Shown: positions 30,741-46,473 of the stretch, in pieces
Position numbering within the stretch: position 1 is the first letter of the stretch
Layout: every line of letters starts with the position of its first letter
Assembly: GCF_009914755.1 (NCBI RefSeq)
Contig: NC_060935.1
Length of the DNA stretch: 64,000 nt
Source: the human T2T-CHM13v2.0 reference genome, Homo sapiens
Direction: 5' to 3' (one strand)
Translations under genes and position numbers: made by a program
Notes under the pieces: model-generated
What the model saw: only the letters and a program-made list of their open reading frames with translations
What the model was told of the DNA's origin: nothing
Databases searched by the model: none

Positions 30741-31149
30741 TCAAGAGAGGCACCCCTGAGCTAATACATCAAGTCAGGCTTCCCTTCAGTTCACAGGGGC
30801 CAAGACCACAGGCCAGCCCAGCTCCTCTCCAGGCCCTGCTGGAAGGCTCCTTCCCGGCCAAAGCAAAGGTGACAACTGCCTCTGATGCTTCTCAAAGACC
30901 AGCTGGGAGTCAACAATGGAGACAGGTGGTTCACTTGGGCTCTGGCTTCTTCCATTTGCAACGGAGAACAGGGCATGTGGATGGGGAAAGAAGGAACCCA
31001 GGACAAGGGCTTCATCCCTCCCAACCCTCTCCTGGCCCTCCCTCCACACCCCTGCACCCTTGCCTTCTTTGTGTCTCTGAGTTTCTGCCTCTTCGTTGAC
31101 TTCCATCTGTTTTTCTGTTGCCTCTTTTATTTTCTCTCTCTCTTAATTC

Positions 31150-31703
31150 TGTCAGAGGCATGTGAATCACAGCAATTCCAGCTTGAATAGGAGCTGGGTA
31201 AAATAAGGCTGAAACCTACTGGGCTGCATTCCCAGACAGTTAAGGTATTCTAAGTCACAGGAAGAGATAGGAGGTCAACACATGATACAGGTCATAAAGA
31301 CCTTGCTGATAAAACAGGTTGCAGTAAAGGAGCTGGCCAAAACCCACCAAGACCAAGATGGCGACAAGAGTGACCTCTGGTCGTCCTCACTGCTGCACTC
31401 CCACCAGCGCCAAGACGGTTTACAAATGCCATGGCAAAGTCAGGAAGGTATCCTATTTGGTCTAAAAAGAAGAGGCATGAATAATCCACCCCTTGTTTAG
31501 CATATCATCAAGAAATAACCATAAAAATAGGCAACCAGCAGCCCTCGGGGCTGCTCTGTCTATGGAGTAGCCATTCTTTTATTCCTTTAGTTTCTTAATA
31601 AACTTGCTTTCCCTTTGCACCGCAGACTTGCCCTGAATTCTTTCTTGGGTGAGATCCAAGAACCCCCTCTTGGGGTCTGGATGGGGACCCCTTTCCTATA
31701 ACA
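31150..31703 (+). mobile_element. MER41A solo LTR (ERV1)
   Basis: TGTCAGAGGC...CCCCTTTCCTATAACA, 554 bp, AATAAA near 31597; lacks the tandem-GAS segment found in MER41B. Confidence 0.88.
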
Positions 31704-31848
31704 CTTCTACTCTTCTTTCTGTTTCTTTCAGTTGATGATTTTCTGCTTACCTTTCTACTCTTTCTGTTTACTGTCTCTCTCGTCTGCATTTTTCTGTCTT
31801 TATTTCTAAATCTTCTTTACCCTCTTCATGTTGAATCTTTTTGCCTAT

Positions 31849-32649
31849 TGTGGTAAATATATTTGGTCCTCAGCCCCATTTCCTGGCATACAACTCCTAA
31901 AGTCCTTAGAAACTCCAAAGGTTGTCTTTTTGTGTGCTAATGAGCTGACTGAGGCCTGGAAGGGCCTAGGTGGCTTCAGGTAGATCAGGGGCTGATCACC
32001 AGAAAGCCCAAGGCAGGATTAGAAGGTTGGGTTTTAAGCCCCACCCCTAAACTTAGGGGAGGGGAGAGGGGCTGGAGGGTAAGTTGATCACCAATGGCCC
32101 GTGGCTTAATTAATCATGCTTATGTAACGAAGTCTCCATAAAAGCCTAAAAAAGGACAGGTAGCTGAACAGGTGGAGGTTTCCAGAAGGGGACCCGACTC
32201 GGGAGGGCATGAAAGCCCCGTGTCCCTTACCCCATATCTCACCCTACGTATCTCTTCTTCTGTATCATTCGTAATATCCTTTATAGTAAACCTGTAAAGG
32301 TAAGTGTTCTCCTAAGTTCTCTGAGTCACTCCAGCAAATGAGGGAGTTGTGGGAACCCCAAATGAAGAACAATTGGCTAGAAGGTCCAGAGGCCTAGATT
32401 TGTAACTGGTGGGAAGGGAGTTGCGGTCTTGTGGCACTGAGCCCTCATCAACCATAGGATCTGTTGCTATCTGGTAGATAGTGTGGGAATTGAGTTGACT
32501 CGAAGTGTCAGCCAGTGTCTGCTGCAGAAATGATTGCTTACTGGTGTGTGGGGAGAACCCCCAGGCATTTGGTCACAGAAGTCTATTGCGTTGATGATTG
32601 TGGCGTGAGAACCAAGGGGAAAATTGAGTTTGAGTTTTTTCCTAACACA
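31849..32649 (+). mobile_element. MER21-family solo LTR
   Basis: TATATTTGGTC...TTCCTGGCATACAACTCCTAAA...AAGTTGATCACCAATGG...TTTGGTCACAGAAGTC. Confidence 0.75.
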
Positions 32650-32854
32650 CCAATCTATATCACTCTTCTTTTCTCTTGCAAAGAAAAAATTTTAAATGGG
32701 AGATCAGATAGGCACCAATCTGCCATTGATTTCATACACTGTGTTCCCCATCCACATGGACCCCAAGGTCCCACCGGAGGTTCAGGTTGGCGGTTCTGGG
32801 TGTCATCCTCAGAGTCATCACTAATACTAAAGGGTTTTGTTTGTTTTCTTTTTA

Positions 32855-33350
<496 letters not shown>

Positions 33351-33769
33351 TAGCCTTCTCTGGGTCAAGCCCCGAGTGGGCTCTGAGTCAAGCACACCCT
33401 GCCCTGGAGTGATCCAGATATCCCAACTCAGAAATGACCAGATAAGGCCAGAATGCATATTCCTGTCCTAAAGCGTGGCCCTGTAGAGCCCTTCTGCGTG
33501 GTCAAACACCCGTCCCTCCCCAGCCTAGGCAGCTGCACAGCGCCCAAACCTGCCCTGCCCCACCTGCTTCTCCACTGCATTTCACTTTGCTTATCTCAGC
33601 ATCCGATTACAGCAAGGACACTCCCAGCCTAATCTGGCTTTCCCAAAGCTTTGGCCTAGAGCACCGTGAAGAGGTAGCCTTGTCACGTCCATGATGGCTC
33701 ACAGGAGGAGGAAGACAGGGTACCTGCATTTTGAGTGGTTTTGCAAAAGTGAAATATAGAGAGTGATCA

Positions 33770-34283
33770 TGAGGCAGGAGAATAGGGCCTGGAGGCAGGG
33801 AACCTAAGGCCAATTCATACTGACTTCCTAGAACTAAATCAAAAGGAAAACCCCAACTTTCACACCTTCCGTCGCTGGCCAACTTTTCTTTTGCATAGGA
33901 GTATAACTTTGTAACTTCACTTTAGCCTCTGGTCACTTTCCACAGGCGAATCAGACATTTGCATAGGGTGTAACTTTGTAACTTCACTTCAATCTCTGGT
34001 TGGTCTCTCTCCACAACCAATCAGACTGATTGTGGTCCTCTACTTCATTTACATAGGGTGTACACTAAGTAATCAATGGGAAACCTCTAGAGGGTATTTA
34101 AGCCCCAGAAAATTCTGTACCCAGTCCCTTGAGCTTCTTGTTCAGCCCACTCCCACCCTGTGGAGTGTGCTTTTGTTTTCATTAAATCTCTGCTTTTGTT
34201 GCTTCATTATTTTCTTGCTTTGTGCGTTTTGTCCAATTCTTTGTTCGAAGCACAAAGAATCAGGACACCCTCCACTGGTAACA
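33770..34283 (+). mobile_element. MER51A-like solo LTR
   Basis: TGAGGCAGGAGAATAGGG...CACTGGTAACA with a perfect 4-bp TSD ATCA. Confidence 0.88.
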
Positions 34284-35071
34284 ATCAGGGTCTGATACCT
34301 GGGATGCAGCACCCAGTGACCAGGCTAGAATCAGGAGGTCTGGACAGAGGACACCATTACTGCCTGATTTACTCATCATGACCATGACCCAGCCCGCTCG
34401 CTCACCTGGGCCCTGCTGGGGAAGAGGGGGCTGCAGCCCCAAACCAGCCACAGGACCCCCCGGACGTACGACCTCCACCCAGGGCTCTCCCTGGCACCTC
34501 TGACTCAAACTGTTCAGTCCCAGACTCTTCACCTTTCTCCCCAAACCCACCTCTGTTTGCCACCTTGGTAGGTGGTACTATTATTTGCCTAATCCCCCAG
34601 ACACCTGGAAATACCCCGGGATTGGATCTCTTCGCCCTTGTTTTCCAAATCTAGTCAGTCACCAAGTCCAACGTGCATGTGAAATTGCTCTGCCCTCCTG
34701 GCTGCCCTACCCTGGGTTTGGGATCTCATCTCTCACCTGGACCGCTGCATGAGTTCCCTACTATTCTCTCTACCCCAGGCTCTCCATCCACACAGCTACC
34801 AGAATGATCTTTCAAAATAAAACAAAAACAAACAAGTCATCCTCCTGCTTAAACTCCTACTGGCTCCTTATTACCTAGAGCTGTGGTCTCCAAAGTTCTT
34901 TGATCTCTGTCAGTAACAAAAGAATTTTAGCACACATCTCTAATATATGTATTTATGTATAAATTATATTTACATACATTACCATCACTAGCCAATATCT
35001 GAAGGCATAATACACCCTGAAAGACAGAGTAGTACTAACATCAGGAGACTTGAGACTATACTTCAAATTAT

Positions 35072-35225
35072 CTTAGCCGGGCATGGTGGCATGCCTGAGT
35101 CCCAGCTACTCAGGAGGCAAAAGGATCACTTGAACTGAGGAGATCAAGACTGCAGTGAGTCGTGATCCTGCCACTGCACTCCAGCCTGGGTGACAGAGTG
35201 AGACCTTGACTTAAAAAAAAAAAAA
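35072..35225 (+). mobile_element. Alu right monomer (FRAM-like)
   Basis: Monomer with A tail. Confidence 0.85.
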
Positions 35226-35447
35226 TCAAAACATTATCTTGATAATTCTGGATTTTTTTTTTTGCCAGTTTCTATCAAGTAAAATGAGATTGTTACAATT
35301 TTACACTCAAGATAGAAAGATAATGGGAGCCCCTTCCGAATAGGGGAGCAAGAGCCTGGCCATTTGCTTGTGCTTGCCTGCATCCTTCTCTTAATCCCTG
35401 ATATCTTTTCAGGAAATTTCCTAAATACCTTGTCCATTGTGTGAGGA

Positions 35448-35575
35448 TTAATTTAGTTAAAACCAGATGAGATCACCGAGAAATCCACTTCACAGACCAT
35501 GTGTAAACATGTCACAATATGCTAACCCCCTCAGACCCTCGCAGATGCGCACAACATGTGGGCCATTGACACAGG
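35448..35575 (+). repeat. Copy B of the 128-bp inverted duplication
   Basis: Same alignment as copy A. Confidence 0.9.
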
Positions 35576-35624
35576 GTCCAAGTGCAGACACGAGGCCAAC
35601 CTGTACATTAAATATTACAAATGC

Positions 35625-36226
<602 letters not shown>

Positions 36227-36245
36227 CAACCACAAAACAACAACA

Positions 36246-36248
<3 letters not shown>

Positions 36249-36292
<44 letters not shown>
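36249..36292. repeat. (AT)n microsatellite
   Basis: Read directly from the sequence. Confidence 0.95.
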
Positions 36293-36296
<4 letters not shown>

Positions 36297-37162
36297 AGTT
36301 TAGTTGTTTTCTTTGTTTTTAGTTAAGAAATACACAGAAATAGAAGTTTCTCTATTTTTTCGCTATCCCAATGGTTTGTCTTGCATAATTTCTGGGTACA
36401 AGAACTCTAGTTTAGGGGCTTCCAGTACATAAGGTCTGTGTCCAAATTCCTTACCTGTGTACAGATCCTTCAAAAGAAAATGTCTATTGCAAGAGTTTCT
36501 CATAACTGGAGCCATGTATGATTCATCTCCCCGGTCCCAGCACCAAGCTGCCACAGAAAGGATGCTCAGTATCTGTGGGTCAGTCACCATTTCCCCAGCG
36601 CACACAGCCTCCTCTCTGGACTGGATGCTCTTCCTCCCATTGCACCCCTGGTTTTCCACCTGACAAAGTCCTGCTCCTCCCCGTAAGCTCAATCCAAATG
36701 CTCCCTCCTCGGGGAGGGAGCCCTCCGGCTCTGTGTGCTCTTTCCTCTTAGAGTTTGCCAACAGGATGACAGCACGATCTCTGTGTCGAGTCTCCCTCCC
36801 GGCCTGTGAAAGAGCTGCGGACAGCGCCTTATTCATCTTTGTGTCCTCAGTGTCCAGCACACTAGAGGCGCTCGTAAACGTTGGATGAAGGAGAGGCTTT
36901 TACAGAGACGGGGGTGAGGCCAAGAGACAGTCTGGGCCCAAAGATTTCAGTTTCAAGAACTTTCATTCTCAGCCTGAACCCACCCCTCTGCAGGCAGCCT
37001 GGGGAATGAGCTGGGGCAAGGATGAAGGAGGGAGGCTGAGGGAGGGTGAGCCAGGATGGTACCTGCATGTGGAACCTCACAGCGCTGTTTCCTGCTGGCC
37101 TTTCAGGCTGCAGATGAAATCTACTGGGAAAAGCGAGAAACCCGGGGTAGCGGAGTGACCTT

Positions 37163-37181
37163 CCACCACCTGGCGGCACTG
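37163..37181 (+). promoter_or_regulatory. Possible CTCF motif
   Basis: CCACCACCTGGCGGCACTG, one core mismatch. Confidence 0.4.
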
Positions 37182-37988
37182 TGTCTGCATTCTCGGCCAC
37201 CCCACAGAGGCCCAGCGGCATCCAGGAGCCGTGGTCTCTCCCCACGCATCACTCCGTGGCCAGAAGCACTCAGTCAAGCCAGAGCCACCAGCATTATCAA
37301 TACATTATCATCCGTGGGATTTGGCAAGGCCTAACCACGACGATCTAAAAGCATTCTCTCTTCCAACAGGTTCAACCCAAAGAACTCATTTGTTAACGGA
37401 CCACCATTGACTCATCACCCTAATGGAAAACTGAATCATCCCCAGGTCTTCCCCCCGTCAGTCCTCTCTATTCTGCATCAGCAGCATCTGTGAATGCCAG
37501 CACCCCAGCATCCCACACTGCACCTGTGCTCTGGGTCTGCCTGCCAAGTACAGGCTGTGAGGTATCGGGCCACCCCCTCAGTTCCCTCATCTGTAAGATG
37601 GGAACATCAACACTTTGTTTGCAAGGTTATTAGATATCTTATATATGCACAACACAGAGTAGAATGTCAGTAAATAATATTCGTCTTCCTTTTCTTCGTC
37701 TTCATGCCGGTAGACCAGGCCTTAATTAAGATCTTCTCCATCTCTTGCCTGAACTATTGGCACTGTCTCTAACCCCCTCTCCCTGCCTCGCCCCCACACT
37801 ACTGCCAGAATTATCTTCCTCTGTGGCAGGAGTTATGTTTTAAACCAAAGTCACTCTACCAACATTTACACACCTTTCGTTTGCCAGTCACTGTGCTGGT
37901 GCCACAGATATAAATAAAGGAGAGATCTCCCAGGGAGCTCAGTACAGGGGCTTCATATATGCTTTAGAGACTGTTTTAGTTAGAATAC

Positions 37989-38147
37989 TGCCATGGCTTC
38001 AGCGTGTGTCCCCAAAAGCATGTGTCGGAAACTTAATCTCCAATGAATAGTGTTGGGAGGTAGGGCCTAAGGAGAGGGTATTAGGCCACGAGGGCACAGT
38101 GAATGTATTATTCTGTTATCTTGGGAGCTGGTTCCCTATAAAAGGAT
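37989..38147. mobile_element. MST (MaLR) LTR fragment
   Basis: TGTGTCCCCAAAAGCATGTGTCGGAAACTTAATC...GTGTTGGGAGGTAGGGCCT. Confidence 0.7.
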
Positions 38148-38165
38148 AGAAAGAAGTTCATACAA

Positions 38166-38448
<283 letters not shown>

Positions 38449-38452
38449 TTAA

Positions 38453-38980
<528 letters not shown>

Positions 38981-40177
38981 TAACCCTTGGGCTGCCCCAG
39001 GGTGAAATTAAGAGTATCCTGGAGAGACAGATGAAAAGAAACGGGATGGACTCACAAATAATCTGAAATTAGTTCATTGCCTAATTAAAGGGGAGAGGAC
39101 TGAGTGAACAGGATGTTCACTGAGACTGCCGGCAAATTACACGGACAATATGGAAACCGGAACCGAGGCAAACCCAGGCAGGACTCTGGTGCTACAGGAA
39201 CCTGAGTCCTTCCCAGAGGTCCCCAGTGGGCTGCAGAAGCCAGTGTAGGCCCCCTCCAGGATCTACGCAGGGCCCACCATGCATGGTCTAGGGCAAAAGG
39301 CCTAGGCATCCTGGGTTACACCGACCTGGATCTCAACCCTGCCTGAGCCTCAGTTTACTCCCTTGTGAAATGGAGGTAATAGCAGCACCCACGTTATAGG
39401 GTGGCTGCAAAGACAAAATGAGACAATGAGACTTCTTTCCACAGGCAAAAGAGCCTGGCACATGGGAGCGCACATTATATGGTAGCTATTTCCTTACCGT
39501 GTGTGGCTTATTTGAAGAAAATGCGTCCTGCCATTCTGTCAGACTCATGCCTGTCTTCCCCTCACCCCTACCCTCAAGTCAGGCATGTGGAAGGGAACAC
39601 CTGTTCATCCTGGCAGGGGCCAGAGGAAGGTCAGCTCCCACTGAACAGAGGTGACTAGGGCTCAGGGTTGGGATCCAGGTTTGGGATTTTCAATTGCCTC
39701 GATTCTTTGGTACAGATAATTGAGGCTCAATTCAACCGCCTCTGAGACTAAATGATGTCTTAGGAGAAGGACTGCTAAGCAGTAGAAATCCTTTCCAGAA
39801 AGCTAGTGAATCAACAGGGAGCCTGCTTTGCATCCCCTCACAGTGAGCCAAGGTGCCTCCTGTTGGCCCCTGTAAAAAAGACACTGGGTTCCCTCCACGC
39901 TGCATTCCAGAGCTGCTTGGTATGAGTGAGCCTGGGCTGTTGCCAGCTCATGCCCACCCACTGCGCCCTTCTCTACCTAATTTCTTGGAAGAGATGTGAA
40001 CAAATGAGCCAGTCACTGAAACTGATCTCAATTTACTTGGGTTCAAAGGGAAGAACCATAGGCTCTGCTGGCTGGAAGGAACCTCAGGGGTTCATCTATG
40101 TCAAGCTCCAGTCTCTGAATTCAGCTCACTTCAGAAATAATAGCCTCTACCCACTCCTGAGTGTGGGAAGAGACCTA

Positions 40178-40345
40178 GAACAGCATTGCTCAAACTTTAA
40201 GGTGAATTCAAATCACCTGGGGATCTTGGAATGCAGACTCTGACTGAATAAGAGTGGGGCGTGCTGAGATTCTGCACTTCTAACCAGCTTCCAGCACTGG
40301 TGGCATTGCTGGGTCCATGGGCACACATACCTTGAGCAGGAAGGA
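40178..40345. mobile_element. MER5A/B hAT fossil
   Basis: CTCAAACTTT...AATCACCTGGGGATCTTG...TGAGATTCTGCACTTCTAACCAGC. Confidence 0.7.
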
Positions 40346-40591
40346 TCTACAGGGCTTGCTGCCCTCAGAAGCTCCTAGAAGGGAAGGGCAGTATATGGGC
40401 AGACTGAGCTCTTCAAGGCAGGAGATATTTTATTTTTCCCAACCACAGTGTCTAACCACATTGTCTGATATCATCATAGAAAATACTTGCTGGCTGGCTG
40501 GATGGATGGGTGGATGGATGGCCAGGCACATATAGACAGATGAGTGGGTGACTGCTGATACTGAGATCAAATGCACAATCAGAAACAACTG

Positions 40592-40906
<315 letters not shown>

Positions 40907-41297
40907 CTACAAATTACTGTAGCTAAGCAAAAATATCTAGGGGAAAAATGAAGGCAGGAAGAAAGAAGGAAATCAGGCAGGGAGGAGAGGAAGGAGGAAG
41001 GGAGCAGAGAGAGCTGTAAAAATGAAAAAAGGTTTCCAAACCCCCAAGTGTTCTCTTTTTATCTCTACTAGAACATCTTTTTAAGCTTACTGTGATGTGT
41101 GGATGTCTCCTGTCTCCTTCAGTAGACTGTAGGGTGTTTGTATTCAGAGCCTGTGTTTTATCTCCTAATCCACAGTGCCTAACACAAGAGGTAGGCCTAG
41201 CATGAGCTCCATAAACACACATTTTGTGAAATGAATGGGGATAACAGTGCCATTTACAACATCTCTCTTAGGCACCAAACACTTCACATGGAAGTGA

Positions 41298-41623
<326 letters not shown>

Positions 41624-41800
41624 AGGATTATCTCTTAATCTTCATAACAACCCTATGAGGTCAGAAGTATTGTTATCCCCACTTTACAGATGAAGAAGAT
41701 GGCGTGCAAGAGGATTAAATAAGATGCCCATGGTTACGCAAATCATTAGTGGCTGAGATTAGGAGGCAGGACCCCAGGCCACTAGAGCTCAAGCTCTTGA

Positions 41801-43263
<1,463 letters not shown>

Positions 43264-44372
43264 TCACAGCCACCCTGCCCAGTCCTGCTTATGTGCCTTC
43301 TTCCCGGACCTCTCCACAAACTCCCAGACCCAAATGGGAGCAGAAGCCAGGAGGGCTGAGTCATCATCCCTCCAACCAGCCATGCCCAGCAGCCTTCATG
43401 CCCAGACAGCTGCCTCTTTCCTGGTTCATCACCTGAGCACCAGGTAAAGCAATGCAAACCTGTGGGCCAGATGTTTAGCCTGGCACATAGAGGAACCAAG
43501 ACAACTGAAAACGTGGCTCCCAGTGGCCCACTGGCTTCTCACTGCCCTGCTGCTGGGGAGGTGCCTGCCTGGACCATCACGGCCCTGACCCTGAGGTCAC
43601 CTGAGATCACAGGCTCTTGCCTCTGCCCAAGACTTCCAACTCTCAAGGCCACCAGCCATCAGTAAGGAAGGGCTGGGGCTGTGCTGGCTCCAGAGCCCTG
43701 CAGGCCAGCTTCAGATCTCTGCTGCTCAGAGACAAGTCCAAGGCCACACTGCATTCATCAGCTGAGATTTGGCCAATAATCCATTACACAGATCCGGTAT
43801 TCCTCCTGCTCAGACATCACTGGGGTCCTCCATGGGCCATATTATCCCAAACCATGAACCTGGGGCTTTCAAACACTTGTGTTCCATTCAGCCTGTTCAC
43901 AAGCCTGGCAGTGTGAACCAGTAAGAGAACCAGGTTCCAGCCCCAACTCTGCCCGAAACTACTTCATGTCCATAGGCTATAGTTTCCTCAGCTGACAAAT
44001 GGGAACAAAATATTGGGGTTGTTGTTGGAGAATTAAAGGGCTGATACACAGAAGCACGTTATCAACAGAAGGACAAATACACACGTCTAACCCAGGCTGG
44101 TCTCCTGGGAGGGTCAGGTCTGAGAAATGGAAGGAGATCTGGATTCATATGGAACCAGACACTAATTCATTATGTGACTTTGGGTCATTGACTTTGCCTC
44201 TCTGGAATTTAGTTTTGTCGCCCACAGAATGGGGGAACAATGTGGACAATTATCCAAGTCTCTCCCAGCAAAATATCTGTGGCTGTAAGGTTTCACCTTG
44301 CACATCCCCTGGCCAGGGGGCAGCTCCAGCTATCAGGATGTGGCAGAACGTGAATCAGAAATGATCCTGTGG

Positions 44373-44900
<528 letters not shown>

Positions 44901-45149
44901 CTAGCCAGAGCACCAATAGTGATTTTCAGAATATTGAACGGCTGCTGAGGCAGGGGCAGGAAGCACTAGTACATTGGCTCTGTGCAGGACAGCTTCACTT
45001 CTGGGATCCAGGGAAAGGGGGTACATCTTACCTCCCTAAGAGAAGAAACTCCCTCCTTCTCTGTGGACTTTCCAATCCTATTGCTCCACACCTGGCAATG
45101 ATCTCTTTGTACTGAGCTGCAAACCCTGTCGCCCAACCCCCAGACCACT

Positions 45150-45475
45150 CCAACTTCCCACAACCCCAAACCAAAGCACCCACACAGTGAGAAGTCATGC
45201 ACCTAGAAGGTAGGGGGAGGGGGGGCGGAAACTTCTGGCATCACCCTCAGCCAACACCCAGTTGGGTGGAAGTCATTCAGGCGGGAAGGCTTTTGTTACG
45301 CCTTAGGTGTGTCACCTGTTCTGAGGCCGAAGGTCCCATGAATGACTTCAGGTGTTGTTCCAGCCCCTAAGATAGGTGTCAGGTTACAAGACACATAATC
45401 ATTCCAGTTTGGCAACTTCACTTGTAGGGCTGTTTTAATCAAGCTGCCCAAAGTCCCCCAATCACTCCTGGAATA
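45150..45475 (+). promoter_or_regulatory. TMPRSS4: TMPRSS4 proximal promoter
   Basis: GC/KLF box GGGGAGGGGGGGCGG (about 45213-45228), E-boxes CACCTG/CAGGTG (45313, 45350), HNF4-like CAAAGTCC (45449-45456), CCAAT (45458); lies directly at the 5' end of exon 1. Confidence 0.6.
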
Positions 45476-45691
45476 CACAGAGAGAGGCAGCAGCTTGCTC
45501 AGCGGACAAGGATGCTGGGCGTGAGGGACCAAGGCCTGCCCTGCACTCGGGCCTCCTCCAGCCAGTGCTGACCAGGGACTTCTGACCTGCTGGCCAGCCA
45601 GGACCTGTGTGGGGAGGCCCTCCTGCTGCCTTGGGGTGACAATCTCAGCTCCAGGCTACAGGGAGACCGGGAGGATCACAGAGCCAGCATG
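45398..45691 (+). other. TMPRSS4: TMPRSS4 exon 1 (5'UTR plus start codon); TSS approximate
   Basis: Ends ...CACAGAGCCAGCATG|GTGAGT (consensus donor at 45692). The ATG joins in frame to DPDSDQPLNSL of exon 2. The 5' boundary is from recalled mRNA starts (about 45398-45475). Confidence 0.9.
45689..45691 (+). CDS. TMPRSS4: TMPRSS4 coding part of exon 1 (initiator Met only)
   Basis: AGCATG (A at -3) directly followed by a GTGAGT donor, phase 0. Confidence 0.9.
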
Positions 45692-46103
45692 GTGAGTGTG
45701 GGGCCCTCTGCTCCCAAGACACAGGAAGGGTGGGTCTCCCCATGTAAGGCCCTTCAAGCAGCCTGAGCATCCATCAGCTGAGAATTCTGTGACACCTTCT
45801 AGGTTAAAAAAAGAGGCCACACCCAAATCCCCTCACACCCCAGCCCGGTACACGTCTCATACCCACCTGCCTTCCTCTCTTCCTCCATTGCCATGGTCCT
45901 TGGACCAGCTCACCTAAGAAGCTGAGCACAGAGCCAGGGCTGTCCTTCCCGACTATTCTTTCCTGAATCCTGCATGTTCTTTTGCCCAATGTCTCCAGGT
46001 CTGTTGGTTAGAGGTTGGCACTATTTTTCCAAGGCAGGGGGCTGTTCTGATGCCACGGTTGCCCTCTGCCACTCCCTGGGGAAACTGATTCCTTTTCTTT
46101 TTA

Positions 46104-46473
<370 letters not shown>

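Noticed and set aside
36805-36830. REST/RE1 right half CGGACAGCGCC
   Set aside because: Left half TTCAGCACC is absent; lies in an L2-like remnant
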